A DNA stretch of 26,021 nt from a virus (lineage: Duplodnaviria > Caudoviricetes), in the IMG/VR virus record IMGVR_UViG_3300037424_000059, positions 1 through 26,021 of that record, one strand, 5' to 3'. The position numbers were made by a program, and so were the translations under genes. This document shows, one piece after another, positions 9,388 through 19,194 of this stretch (the first letter of the stretch is position 1; the number at the start of each line of letters is the position of its first letter). Below the pieces are notes generated by a model. It made no database searches. It was given only the letters and a program-made list of their open reading frames with translations, and was not told where the DNA came from.

Positions 9388-11304
9388 TCATGCCATGTAA
9401 GAGTTGTAATTACCTTCGCCTGTAGCCCGAGACGGACTACAATCCGTGGTGCAATTTAGCCATACTAACGTACCGCCGAACCCGCAGTACGACATCCTCT
9501 CAATATACACGCCATAGGAACAGTCCACGAAATGTATACTGGCACAGTTTGTGAAGCCTCCGCCGTAATTACGGACACCATAATTACAGTCAATTGCGCC
9601 AGATAACACATAATCGGACGTCCCCTCGTTGAACCAGCTACAAAAGACATTCCGAAATCCGCAGTAGGTGAAATTACACAAGGAACCCGCCCTTCCCCGC
9701 AACATACCGTACTGACCGCCTGCATTTGTGTTATACCAAATACATCCTACGGTCGTCGTAATACCGGCCAGTACGGCCTGAACGTCCCATAAATAATCGC
9801 CGAAGGTATATGTGGCGTTAAAATGGACTTGTATACCTTGTAATAGGCCGACTGGCGTGGTCGACACGATCTTTCGGCACCACTTTACTTGAGGTATGAA
9901 GACGGATGCGGAAACCGCGCCCGATGCCATGGTAGCCACCGTACTAGGCGAGTGGAGGGTAACGCTAACGCCATCGACAATGCTCGTAACTTTCAGCGCA
10001 CCCAACACGTATGATGGATTCACGCCATCTGAAGCTGTATGCACGAGCACCATGTCATTTAATGTATATTTGCTTGTATTAGCCGTCGTAAAGGTTAATG
10101 ACCAATCTCCAGCAGATCCGGTACTGGAACTCAGTGTTAGTGTATCGGTATCGCTACTGCCGATTATCCGGACTTTATCCCCGTTAGAGTGGCTTAAGGT
10201 TAAGGGGCTAGCCTGCGAATAAGAGCCGCGCAAGACAATAATAGTCACATTAGCCATCAGAATCCACTTATTAACTTCTGCTAATGCTGCATCTATTGAT
10301 GCCAACGGGCTGCCGCTGGACCCGTCGCCGGTCAGATCATTCCCCGCTGTAGAGACGTAAAGGGTGGTCGCATCCGTTACAATTTTTGCCGTCTTAATCC
10401 ATTGCCATTCATCCCCGACCCACGTCAGCACCTCATACTCGCCGGGAGAGCCGGACGGCACCGCATCTACCCAAGCGTATCCACTACCGTCGGTAGCTAG
10501 AACCTGTCCGTCCGTTCCGCCGGTGGTTACTTGCCGAATAGCAGTCCAAGAAACATCAGCGCCATTCGTGGTTAAAAGTTCACCGCCGTGGCTAGTTTGG
10601 TCTGGGAACGTCTCTCCTGGTACGCCCTGGATTCCTTGTATGCCCTGAATGCCTTGCGGGCCGGTCGAACCTTGGATGCCTTGCGGGCCTGTCTCGCCAG
10701 TTTCGCCCTGTAGGCCTTGTATGCCCTGAATGCCTTGCGGGCCCTGTTCGCCCTGGGGGCCAGGAATACCGTCAGCCCAAGCATAGCTGGCCCCGTCGGT
10801 AGTAAGGACTTGCCCGCTTATGCCACCGGAAGTGACTTGCCGAATAGTAATCCATGAAGCATCCGTCCCGTCAGTTGTAAGAAACTCACCGGCGTGCGAT
10901 GCCTGCGGCGGAAGGCTTATCGGGGCGTCCGCCCAGGAGTAGCTACTACCATCCGTGGTCAGAATCTGCCCGTTATCCCCCATGACCGGGACCGTGCGGA
11001 TTTCGGCCCAGGCGGGCGTAGCGCCGTCGGTCGTAAGGAACTGCCCGGCGTGCGCTGTCTGATCGGGAAAGCTGGCGGGTAGACTTACCCAGGCGTAGCC
11101 CGTGCCGTCGGTCATTAGGATCTGTCCAGCCGCACCGCCTACGGTCACTTGGCGGACCGCCGCCCAAGCCGGGGCCGTTCCGTTATACTGCAAAAAGTCG
11201 CCACTTACGGGGCTGCTCGGAGCCCAGCCGATTAGCACATCGGCGCTCTGAAGCTGTTCGATGTCGCCAAACGAATCAAGGACAAGAGGTTTCTTATCGG
11301 CCAT
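9388..11304 (-). CDS. tail fibre/tailspike: fibre repeats, collagen segment, C-terminal beta-helix-like domain
   Basis: Four ~50-aa units, each with two G(Q/E)xLTTDG...W motifs. 18 G-X-Y triplets. [28 protein letters not shown] is the typical cap of a pectin-lyase-like beta-helix. Confidence 0.8.
   Translation of the reverse strand: MADKKPLVLDSFGDIEQLQSADVLIGWAPSSPVSGDFLQYNGTAPAWAAVRQVTVGGAAGQILMTDGTGYAWVSLPASFPDQTAHAGQFLTTDGATPAWAEIRTVPVMGDNGQILTTDGSSYSWADAPISLPPQASHAGEFLTTDGTDASWITIRQVTSGGISGQVLTTDGASYAWADGIPGPQGEQGPQGIQGIQGLQGETGETGPQGIQGSTGPQGIQGIQGIQGVPGETFPDQTSHGGELLTTNGADVSWTAIRQVTTGGTDGQVLATDGSGYAWVDAVPSGSPGEYEVLTWVGDEWQWIKTAKIVTDATTLYVSTAGNDLTGDGSSGSPLASIDAALAEVNKWILMANVTIIVLRGSYSQASPLTLSHSNGDKVRIIGSSDTDTLTLSSSTGSAGDWSLTFTTANTSKYTLNDMVLVHTASDGVNPSYVLGALKVTSIVDGVSVTLHSPSTVATMASGAVSASVFIPQVKWCRKIVSTTPVGLLQGIQVHFNATYTFGDYLWDVQAVLAGITTTVGCIWYNTNAGGQYGMLRGRAGSLCNFTYCGFRNVFCSWFNEGTSDYVLSGAIDCNYGVRNYGGGFTNCASIHFVDCSYGVYIERMSYCGFGGTLVWLNCTTDCSPSRATGEGNYNSYMA
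10609..10770 (-). repeat. collagen-like (Gly-X-Y)18 coding repeat
   Basis: [54 protein letters not shown]. Confidence 0.95.
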
Positions 11305-11311
11305 TTTCTAT

Positions 11312-12778
11312 CTACAACAAAATCGGATTCTTGATATCAATATGTAATGTCGTCGCGTCTACGGCATAGCCCACTTCAACAACGGAATCGCCATCACCGG
11401 AGGGCGGGGTAGTCGTCAACCCGCCCACGGCTTGTAGTGCATTGATTTTTAACACAGTCGTGGAACTACATGGCGCGCCATAAATCTTCCCGTTCGCGGC
11501 CCGAACGCCGCCGCGCCATAGATTTATTCCCGACACTGCCCCTAAATTCGCTACGGAATCGTCGCCAGGATCTACAACGAGTACACCGGGCGCGTTAAAA
11601 GGCATGAAATAAACTTTTCCGTTATCCGCAAGAGCGCCGCCGTACCATTCATGAGAATTGGAGATCGCACCAAACGTCGATACCGTATCCGTGGCCGTAT
11701 CAAGCTTAGTTATTGCTGTCCTTAACCTTGGCGCGCAGTATATGCACCCATTACTAGCTAGTACGCCACCGTTGCAACCGTTTCCCGTTATATCGCCGAC
11801 TGTAGTTATGGAATTATTCGACGTGTCGATTTTTAGGAAGCTTGTTGCCCCGTATGAAATGCCATAGATGATATTTCCCACTAAGACGCCGCCAGCCCAT
11901 TTACTAACACCCGGCAAGCTACCGAACGTAGTAACTGAATCGTCGGATGTGTCAATTTTCAAAACTGTAGGAGAGCTGTATGGGATGCCGTAAATAATAT
12001 TACCGACTAGAACGCCGCCTGCCCATTGCACGGATCCGGCTGATAAGTCGCCAAACGTAGTTATCGAATCGTCGGATGTGTCGATTTTCAGGACCGTTGT
12101 AGCGTTATGCGGAATGCAATAAACGCACCCGTTCGGGGCCGCCACACATCCAAAGTATTGCCCCGATCCAGATAGAGCGCCAAGAGTTGTGGTGGAGTCG
12201 TCCGACGTGTCGATTCTCAATATAGACATACTGCTACTCTGAGCGCAGTAGATAATGCCGTCCACTTCGGCCGCGCCGTTCCATTTATACGTACCGGCTA
12301 GACTGCCAAATTCACTAATGGAATCATTTACCGGCGTTGAAGTCTTTAGGAAGTATTTTACTGACGGCGTCAGATTATTCGCGCCGGTAATATCCGTCCA
12401 GTCGGCAAGCGTCTTGCGGCCGCTGGCTATATACGAAATAGCCCCGTTAATACTTGCGTTACCGTCGGCGATGCCGCACACCCTACGCCTGGCGACGTTA
12501 TCCGCCACCGCACGCCCGATCTTGTTCTGACCACTTACACGGTATACCGGTTGGCCGTTACTTAACCCCTCGCCGGCTGCGGACTCGTACATGTCATTCG
12601 ACTGATCCTCAAGTATGCCGACTATCCCTTGCAAGGTAGTAATGTCACCCTGCGCTGTTGCAATACTAGCCTCGGCTTGGGTAATCAAAGTCTCGCTCCT
12701 GTCCGCTGACTCCCCAAGCCGCTGGAATGCGCGGCGCACTTCCGTGGGGCTATCTATATGTGGCGTCAACTTTTTCAT
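11312..12778 (-). CDS. fibre/receptor-binding protein: coiled coil, cement-like domain, inserted beta-propeller
   Basis: About seven ~42-aa repeats of W.GGVL..NG.IY..P.....VLKIDT.DDS.TTFG. ATGA overlap with the nozzle gene. Confidence 0.7.
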   Translation of the reverse strand: MKKLTPHIDSPTEVRRAFQRLGESADRSETLITQAEASIATAQGDITTLQGIVGILEDQSNDMYESAAGEGLSNGQPVYRVSGQNKIGRAVADNVARRRVCGIADGNASINGAISYIASGRKTLADWTDITGANNLTPSVKYFLKTSTPVNDSISEFGSLAGTYKWNGAAEVDGIIYCAQSSSMSILRIDTSDDSTTTLGALSGSGQYFGCVAAPNGCVYCIPHNATTVLKIDTSDDSITTFGDLSAGSVQWAGGVLVGNIIYGIPYSSPTVLKIDTSDDSVTTFGSLPGVSKWAGGVLVGNIIYGISYGATSFLKIDTSNNSITTVGDITGNGCNGGVLASNGCIYCAPRLRTAITKLDTATDTVSTFGAISNSHEWYGGALADNGKVYFMPFNAPGVLVVDPGDDSVANLGAVSGINLWRGGVRAANGKIYGAPCSSTTVLKINALQAVGGLTTTPPSGDGDSVVEVGYAVDATTLHIDIKNPILL

Positions 12779-15147
12779 AAAATTCTGCGTCTCCCGCTCT
12801 CACGAGTTAATGCCGTGACCTGTTCCATGGCCCACTTTCGCCCAGCGGCACCGGTAAGCTTTAATGCGAATGCCTGCCCACGTCCGGCTGGATGCACGGT
12901 AGCATTAAGGCCGGCAACCCATGTACCGGTGCTAATTGCCGTTGCGGTTACCGCCCCTTCGAATGTTGGGGCAGATCGAACGCCCCAGGCCACCGGGCCG
13001 CTGTCCCCAGCCATGACAGCGTCAACCGACATAATGGTTCCGGTCTTGGAATCTTTTGCTAGGGCAATCGGCCCCATCATTACGTATGATGCAAACGCTG
13101 TACCGCAATCGGTTTCGGCTAACTCGCTAAAACGCCGCAACTTACCGTCACGGCCACCTAATATCACGCCGCTATCTTCTATGGCCGTCGATTGCAGCGG
13201 GCAGGTCGCCATCGGCTCATGCCCCGACTTAAGCGTAATGGGCCAAAACGTTTTAGCGCCGAAATCAAACCACCAATGCAGGCGTGCGTTCGACGATTCC
13301 GGCGACAAAAAGATATGCACACCGCGACCGATAACGTCATATTCAAGCGAGATAGTCGTGCTGTCGGGATTGAGATTAAGAAATTCTTGTGGTAGCACTT
13401 CCCTCGACAGGGACACCGGCGACGTATCACCGCCGGCCGCCAACGCATAGATGCCGTCCAAGGATAGAAAAATGAGCTCGCCGGACGGCCCCAGGCACCA
13501 TGCTTGCCTGCCTATAATACCAATCGTGTGACTCAGCACATCGAGACTGCCGCCATAAGCCGGGTCGCCGCGCAGCCGCCAGAGCGAGTGCCGGCAGCCC
13601 ATCACGAGATAATCGTCACTGTGTGGGACTAATGCCGTGATTGCCGAGCCGGGTACGCCGGCTTCACTCGAAGTGCCTGCAACCGCCCGCTGGCTGTCTG
13701 CCTGCGAATAGTCCCAGTCTGTTTCCGCGCCTTGCCGCGACATATACCATACATGCGGCGCAACCTCGGCACCGGCCAAAACGATCCGGTCCAGGTAGCG
13801 GCAGATTAACGGGCAACCGGCAGGCACTTGGCCGGCTGTAGCCGTCAATATTGAAACAGTGTCCGTCAACGGGTCGAATACCTTGGGCGACCGCTCTATT
13901 CGATACGCACATCCGCCAATACCGGCATCAGACGCGAGCGTTACACTTCCCGCCGCCACCGACGAGATTTTATACGTTCCGGCAACGGCGGTCCCGAGTG
14001 GATTTGATATTACGACAACGTCGTCATATACGCTAATCCCCAGGGCCGTCCAGTCGGTAACACCGGTAGCGTCTAATACGGTACCGCCGACAGAGCCGTC
14101 TGTACCTATTGTGCGAACGTCGCCGTAATCGGCTATGTAAAGCTTCTGGCCGCTCTGAGCGGAAGCCAGCGGCGCGCCATCACGTAGCGTCAAGCTGGTC
14201 GATATTTGCGACATGCGACCATAAAGCGTTTCTTTCCAGATATTGCCGTCCGCCGACGCAATCAGCAGCGTCCGCAGGGCGTCAACCGACTCGGTCGAAT
14301 AATATTGCACTCGAAAAACATTCGCCAAACACACGCCGCCGTCTTCAGTGCATTCCATGCCGAAGCCCGCTCGCTTACCGGTGTGGGCGGAAACCGTTTG
14401 CGTCAGCAACAGCACACCGCACCAGTAGACTTTAATTTCGTTGCCGGTAACTTGTGCGGCCAACCAGCCGGGCTGAGCGGACCCAAGACTGCCGGAAGAT
14501 AGCGAGTACACTGATTCCACGCCGCCGGTGTACGACTTCAACGTTCCGCTATAGCTTCCGGCTGTCCCGGTGCTAAAAAGTTCGATTTCCACGCCATCCG
14601 TCGCGTAGGCTGGCGTCGTGTCATCCATCCGCAAGTAGAGCCGGTAAACACCGTGGTGAGCACCGCTCCAGGGCGTAATAAAAAGTTCGACTATATAAGC
14701 TTCCGCCACATCAATCGTTAGTGTATCACGCACGGCGGCGGCATTACTGACGCTTGTGTCCACGCTCGCCAGGGCGGACGGCAAAATGGACGGCATATTA
14801 GACGCCCAAGACGCCTGCGTCCAAGCGGCGGCCATGGACGACCCGCTGAACGTGTCGGACCAGGCTGTAAAGCCGTCGCCCGGCGCGATAGTCATGGGGA
14901 AAAGCATACGCACCGGGCCGCCTAAATCTTCCAGGTATGAAGCAATTAAACCGGGCCGGCTGCCGCCGCGTTCGCGGCCCTCGATAGGGTCGGATGGACG
15001 AACATTTAGACAGTCGGGCGTGGTGAAAGTATTTTGCAATACCGCTTTTCCGGTCAATGGGCTGACTGTTCGCTGCTGCTTGTACGCACCCCGCCGATTT
15101 AGCCCGCCCAGCGGGAATGCAACACTAATTTGCCGCTTTTTAGCCAT
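12775..15147 (-). CDS. tail nozzle / tail tubular protein B-like (P22 gp10 / T7 gp12 analogue)
   Basis: 790 aa, beta-rich. N-terminal FPLGGLN...CLNV...RGGSRPG and propeller-like YLDRIVLAG...VWYMSR...DWDY, LIFLSLDGIY. Follows the adaptor gene. Confidence 0.7.
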   Translation of the reverse strand: MAKKRQISVAFPLGGLNRRGAYKQQRTVSPLTGKAVLQNTFTTPDCLNVRPSDPIEGRERGGSRPGLIASYLEDLGGPVRMLFPMTIAPGDGFTAWSDTFSGSSMAAAWTQASWASNMPSILPSALASVDTSVSNAAAVRDTLTIDVAEAYIVELFITPWSGAHHGVYRLYLRMDDTTPAYATDGVEIELFSTGTAGSYSGTLKSYTGGVESVYSLSSGSLGSAQPGWLAAQVTGNEIKVYWCGVLLLTQTVSAHTGKRAGFGMECTEDGGVCLANVFRVQYYSTESVDALRTLLIASADGNIWKETLYGRMSQISTSLTLRDGAPLASAQSGQKLYIADYGDVRTIGTDGSVGGTVLDATGVTDWTALGISVYDDVVVISNPLGTAVAGTYKISSVAAGSVTLASDAGIGGCAYRIERSPKVFDPLTDTVSILTATAGQVPAGCPLICRYLDRIVLAGAEVAPHVWYMSRQGAETDWDYSQADSQRAVAGTSSEAGVPGSAITALVPHSDDYLVMGCRHSLWRLRGDPAYGGSLDVLSHTIGIIGRQAWCLGPSGELIFLSLDGIYALAAGGDTSPVSLSREVLPQEFLNLNPDSTTISLEYDVIGRGVHIFLSPESSNARLHWWFDFGAKTFWPITLKSGHEPMATCPLQSTAIEDSGVILGGRDGKLRRFSELAETDCGTAFASYVMMGPIALAKDSKTGTIMSVDAVMAGDSGPVAWGVRSAPTFEGAVTATAISTGTWVAGLNATVHPAGRGQAFALKLTGAAGRKWAMEQVTALTRESGRRRIL

Positions 15148-15163
15148 CTGTCCGCCTTAATGA

Positions 15164-15382
15164 CTAAACTACGGTAACGGCGTTAAAGTCGCAGCTTGCA
15201 GCCGTCCCTTCGTTGACATACAGCGCCGTTCCGTCGCCGCCGTCGGTTTTCTGAAACAAACAGCCTGTTTGATATCCGGCCGCCCCATCGGTCGGAACCG
15301 TTTTTCCGTGAGCGAGCAATAGACCGACTTCCTCGACATTTGAAGGTGTCATACGTAAAAGTGAGCAAATACGAGTAATCAT
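15164..15382 (-). CDS. small virion protein with a fibre/spike-type motif
   Basis: 72 aa. G..VP......GCLFQKTDGGDGTALYVNEG resembles the GSLY.RTDGG.GT.LYVKE motif of phage spikes. AGGAG SD. Confidence 0.55.
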   Translation of the reverse strand: MITRICSLLRMTPSNVEEVGLLLAHGKTVPTDGAAGYQTGCLFQKTDGGDGTALYVNEGTAASCDFNAVTVV

Positions 15383-15391
15383 TTGTATCTC

Positions 15392-16168
15392 CTAGTAGGT
15401 TATTCCATGGTAGGTAATTGGGTAATCCGAACTTTGGTGCCGTCGCACGGCGGCACCGTCCGTATGGTCGCCCATTTGCCCGAAGTTCTTCGCGCCGTGC
15501 TTGCGGTCACGAGAAATAACATCAGCTAATAGGCGTAGGTAGTCATCGTTATGCGCCCCCACCTCGTCGTTGACGCGACGCTCGGCAACGGCCAGACAGC
15601 TAGCCGTATAAAGTTCCGCGTACTGCATTCCACCCAACGGATACGGCGCAGCGGGCGTCAGCTTACCATTATACGCCTCGTATTCATACGAGAGCGTGTA
15701 AGCTTTGTCGGGTGATGGATATAACAAAATCTCCTGCCGTTGGCCGGCCGCGCCATCCACTGACTTATAACGAGTCGCCGCATATCGCGGCGTACCAGCC
15801 GCACTGCCGCTCGATCTCATGTCGAGTAAATCTCCTACTGCTACCTCTTTAACCGAACTGCGGTATTTGTCTGGAGCATAATGCAAGTCGCCGACTAATC
15901 GCCCGAGGTCATCCGGTAGATCGTAATCGTCCGTGCCGGCAACTAACGTCAATGTAGTAGTAGGACGCAAAAAAGACCACTCGTGACCGCGTTCCTTGCC
16001 GTCCAGGGCTGGCGGGTAATACACACGACGTATACCGGACTGAATAATACTATCAATCAACGACGCCTGATCGGTTGACCACGATGTGGAATCACGGCCA
16101 CAGCCGAGGTATCCGCCAACTTCGCCTTGAAGTTCCGACAACCCAATAGATAGAGAAGATTCAGCCAT
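15392..16168 (-). CDS. head-tail adaptor / tail tubular protein A-like
   Basis: EWSFL...TLTLVAGTDDYDLPDD...GTPRY...LLYPSPDKAYTLSYEY motifs of podovirus adaptors. GAGG SD. Synteny. Confidence 0.75.
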   Translation of the reverse strand: MAESSLSIGLSELQGEVGGYLGCGRDSTSWSTDQASLIDSIIQSGIRRVYYPPALDGKERGHEWSFLRPTTTLTLVAGTDDYDLPDDLGRLVGDLHYAPDKYRSSVKEVAVGDLLDMRSSGSAAGTPRYAATRYKSVDGAAGQRQEILLYPSPDKAYTLSYEYEAYNGKLTPAAPYPLGGMQYAELYTASCLAVAERRVNDEVGAHNDDYLRLLADVISRDRKHGAKNFGQMGDHTDGAAVRRHQSSDYPITYHGITY

Positions 16169-16180
16169 TTATACCTCGAT

Positions 16181-16220
16181 AAAAAGGCCGCAGTACGGGA
16201 GAGAGCGCCGCACTACGGCC
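16181..16220 (-). terminator. intrinsic terminator after the decoration gene
   Basis: Minus-strand RNA GGCCGUAGUGCGG-9 nt loop-CCGUACUGCGGCC (13 bp with two G-U pairs) followed by UUUUU. The wobble pairs only form on the minus strand. Confidence 0.85.
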
Positions 16221-16247
16221 AGTCGCAGCGACTATTGAGAAGGCGAA

Positions 16248-17054
16248 TTACGCAAGTGTAGCGCCGGCGGAGTAAAGCTCATACCAGACTCCGTCTCGCC
16301 ATTCGAGAAGAGCCACTTCATCAGCGGCGTCGAACTCGACTGAGGCCAAGGCCACAATTGCACCGTCAACGGACCTAACCCGCTGCTCGCCATGCGTGAC
16401 CGTAACATTAACACCGTTAGTGGTGTATGTACCTTCACAGAAGATCTTCTTGCGAAGTCCGCTGATCGTCCCGTCCGCGAGCGTGTTAGTGGCGTCGGCG
16501 GCAAGAGTAACAGTGCCGGCTAAGTAGGTGACGCCGCCCACCATTAAGGCTGTCGCACCGCCAGCGGCTAAGGGCGTCACGACTTCAATTAACCCCGACG
16601 GCTCGCCGACTTGCAGTTTAGCCTGCACTTTGCCGGCGGTAGTGGATCGGTCCATCGTCTGTATCGGCACCGCCGAGCCTTCGCCCTGGAAACCGGCGCG
16701 GGAAAAATATCCGGCTTCGGTCCCGCCGGCCTGACAGGTGAGGATGCCGCCGCCAAGCACGCAATTAGCCTTGGAGAGGACGTTACATACGCTGCCGGGG
16801 CAATAAATCTCGATAAACTGACCAGTTGCTTTGGCGGAGTAATCCCGCGCGGCAACCCCGGCGAAGTATCTGGCGTTAGTCACTGACGGCAACTCCACGC
16901 GATTGAACCGCCGGCCATCGGATACGGTCGCCGTGCCGCAGTCATTATTAAAGCACACGCCTTGCCCCTCCGCGAGAGCGGTTGTACCCTCGAACCAAAC
17001 CCAGGAAGGGATGGTGGGGTTTTGCTTTTCGTATCCGTTAAGACTGTTGTTCAT
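16248..17054 (-). CDS. capsid decoration/cement protein with an extra C-terminal beta domain
   Basis: Directly after the capsid gene. A/G/T/V-rich; ALAEGQGVCF...FAGVA...GQFIEI cement-like pattern. Confidence 0.6.
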   Translation of the reverse strand: MNNSLNGYEKQNPTIPSWVWFEGTTALAEGQGVCFNNDCGTATVSDGRRFNRVELPSVTNARYFAGVAARDYSAKATGQFIEIYCPGSVCNVLSKANCVLGGGILTCQAGGTEAGYFSRAGFQGEGSAVPIQTMDRSTTAGKVQAKLQVGEPSGLIEVVTPLAAGGATALMVGGVTYLAGTVTLAADATNTLADGTISGLRKKIFCEGTYTTNGVNVTVTHGEQRVRSVDGAIVALASVEFDAADEVALLEWRDGVWYELYSAGATLA

Positions 17055-17083
17055 TTTATTTCTTTCTTTTAAGTGTTCACATC

Positions 17084-17116
17084 AAAGGAAACTAGACCCG
17101 CCGCAACGGGTCTAGT
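17084..17116 (-). terminator. hairpin/intrinsic terminator after the major capsid gene
   Basis: Perfect 10-bp stem ACTAGACCCG/CGGGTCTAGT (17091-17116) with a 6-nt loop, followed by an interrupted U tract (UUCCUUU) on the minus strand. Confidence 0.75.
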
Positions 17117-17126
17117 CGTTTGTTAT

Positions 17127-18155
17127 TTACTCAGCAAGGCTAAGAACTGCCTGCTGACGGCGGTTTGTGCAAACCATTTGCAATGTCGCGTCACGGTCAA
17201 CACGACTGACGTTATGCTTGCCCGCGACCATGTAAGGCTTGGTCAACTCATTCTCCCATCCAGCCATCACGCCAATAACCAACCATCGCCAATCGAGCAT
17301 GTAGACCGGGTTAGTGGGGTCATTATTAAGGAAAGGCGCGTATTGAACCGGCGACCCCTTAAACAGTGTGCGGCCATCCTTAGAGGCAAGGTCATTGCCG
17401 AGCGACATGTTACCCGCTTCCAGGACTTCTTCCATTAAGCCGATGACTGCATCGTTGGTATAGATTCCATTCTTCATTTTTCCGAGATCGGGGACCGCGT
17501 GCGAAACCGGCGAGCGGAACTTGACCTGTCGAGCAGCGCGCCGCATTTTACGAACGAGATCCTCTTTAGAAACCGTGGCGTACTGCGCCGTGTAGTTCTG
17601 CCAGCGGGCATGAAGGATATTACCGGCACCGGCGGCGAACCCGGCGGGGGCACCACCGTTAAAGCCTTCGGAGGAATTTTTCACGACCCAGTAAGTAATG
17701 CCGTAAGGCGTTTTCTCGTCGGTGTTATCGGCGGGCTTACCCCACAAGATTTCTTCGAGTAGCTCGAAAAACGACACCTGCATACCGACGTACTTAGTTT
17801 TAATGAAGTCGACGACCGCAGTGCCGCCACGTTGGAAGTCAGGCTCGCGCTTGTCATAGATGTAGTGAGCATTGACGTGACGCGGGGAAACGGTTCCCTT
17901 AATCATCGTGTCGCCGACGCTCGATCCGTCGCTTTCATAGAGCCCGACCGTGCGAGCGCTATGGTTGTGGTCGATTTGCGCGTCCCATCGCCAATCGACA
18001 CCGCCATCAAACTTTTTCTTCTTGCCTTCCCACATTTCGCGCACGGCAACGTGGTCCGTGAGGTCGCACTGCAAGTCCAGGAATGAGCCTCTCTTAATCA
18101 TCTTTTCTTGTGTTTCGAGCACAAGGTCATCAATACTACTGGCGGGAATTCCCAT
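17127..18155 (-). CDS. major capsid protein
   Basis: 342 aa. Follows the scaffold, has an AAAGGA SD and is followed by a strong hairpin. Size and C-terminal pattern (VYMLD...LQMVCTNRRQQAVL) fit HK97-fold capsids. Confidence 0.8.
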   Translation of the reverse strand: MGIPASSIDDLVLETQEKMIKRGSFLDLQCDLTDHVAVREMWEGKKKKFDGGVDWRWDAQIDHNHSARTVGLYESDGSSVGDTMIKGTVSPRHVNAHYIYDKREPDFQRGGTAVVDFIKTKYVGMQVSFFELLEEILWGKPADNTDEKTPYGITYWVVKNSSEGFNGGAPAGFAAGAGNILHARWQNYTAQYATVSKEDLVRKMRRAARQVKFRSPVSHAVPDLGKMKNGIYTNDAVIGLMEEVLEAGNMSLGNDLASKDGRTLFKGSPVQYAPFLNNDPTNPVYMLDWRWLVIGVMAGWENELTKPYMVAGKHNVSRVDRDATLQMVCTNRRQQAVLSLAE

Positions 18156-18198
18156 TTTTTACTGTCCTTTCAGACCGCCGTGAGGTAGAGGTAAAAGC

Positions 18199-19179
18199 TT
18201 AGGAGTAAAACTTTTCGTTAATCTCCGCCGCGATTTCTTCATCAGGCGATAACTTGGTTTTGGCTGACTGACTGCCGGCGCGTTGTATATGCTGCTTCGA
18301 CCGCTTTGTCAGGTCTTTTGTTAAATTTTGTTCGCTTATTCGCTGATACTCATCACGAAGGACGAGTCTTGCCGCCGCGTCGAATACCTCTTCACGCGGC
18401 GGCGTAGTCTGACCGGTCTGCCGATAACCGGCCAACATAACGGCAACTTGGCTAGCGATTGCATCACGCTTTGCCAGTTGTACACTTCCCGTGGCCAGCG
18501 AGCTATACCCGCCGGTCCCCAGGGCATCGGTGAAGTCTTGGCCGAGACCTTCCACCTGTTTGTCAAACCATTGCTCGGCCTCCTTCGCGGCGGCTGCTTC
18601 ACTGACTTGACGTGTTTCCTGCTGTTGTGTCTTGAACTGCTCAATCGCTTCGCTCTGCCCCTTCACGATATTCTTAAGCGTCTCAAACGCTTTAATAACT
18701 TCAGGCTCGTATGCCTCCGGGTCTAGCGTCGGGAAGTCGACAAAGGGGTCGACGGGCTTCGTTTCCTCTTTCTGCGTTTCCTTTTGTGTATCCTGTTTGA
18801 CGGCGTTTTTCACGGCCAGCACTTCCGTGACGACGCGGCTAAGCGAGTCTTCCGACGGAAACGTGCGAATGTCTTCCATGGTAAAGCCGGCCCGAATTGC
18901 CCGGGCAACTTCGGCATCGCTTATTGCGACCGGCTCCGCTTTTTGTTGAGTGCTTTCCTTTGTCTCGTCTGCCGGCGTAGCTTCGCCCTCAGTCTCATCT
19001 CCGCTAGTCTCCAGAGAATCGTCCTTAGTTTCCAGTTTCGAATCGCCCGTATCCCGTTCTTTTCCAGATGTATCGGACTGTCCAGGATCGGTTGATTTTG
19101 CTTGTTGATTTGTGTCATCGGTCAAGCTCTCTTTGATAGCGGCATCAATTTCAGCATCAAATTTTTCGTCTACTGACAT
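18199..19179 (-). CDS. capsid scaffolding protein
   Basis: Acidic low-complexity N-terminus, helical/coiled-coil middle and short C-terminal helix. Lies between portal and capsid, with no prohead protease gene present. Confidence 0.7.
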   Translation of the reverse strand: MSVDEKFDAEIDAAIKESLTDDTNQQAKSTDPGQSDTSGKERDTGDSKLETKDDSLETSGDETEGEATPADETKESTQQKAEPVAISDAEVARAIRAGFTMEDIRTFPSEDSLSRVVTEVLAVKNAVKQDTQKETQKEETKPVDPFVDFPTLDPEAYEPEVIKAFETLKNIVKGQSEAIEQFKTQQQETRQVSEAAAAKEAEQWFDKQVEGLGQDFTDALGTGGYSSLATGSVQLAKRDAIASQVAVMLAGYRQTGQTTPPREEVFDAAARLVLRDEYQRISEQNLTKDLTKRSKQHIQRAGSQSAKTKLSPDEEIAAEINEKFYS

Positions 19180-19194
19180 TTTTTTCTCTCTCGA

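Noticed and set aside
8122-12778. Diversity-generating retroelement target or invertible fibre cassette
   Set aside because: No reverse transcriptase or invertase, no adenine-mismatched template/variable repeat pair and no inverted crossover sites were seen in the window.
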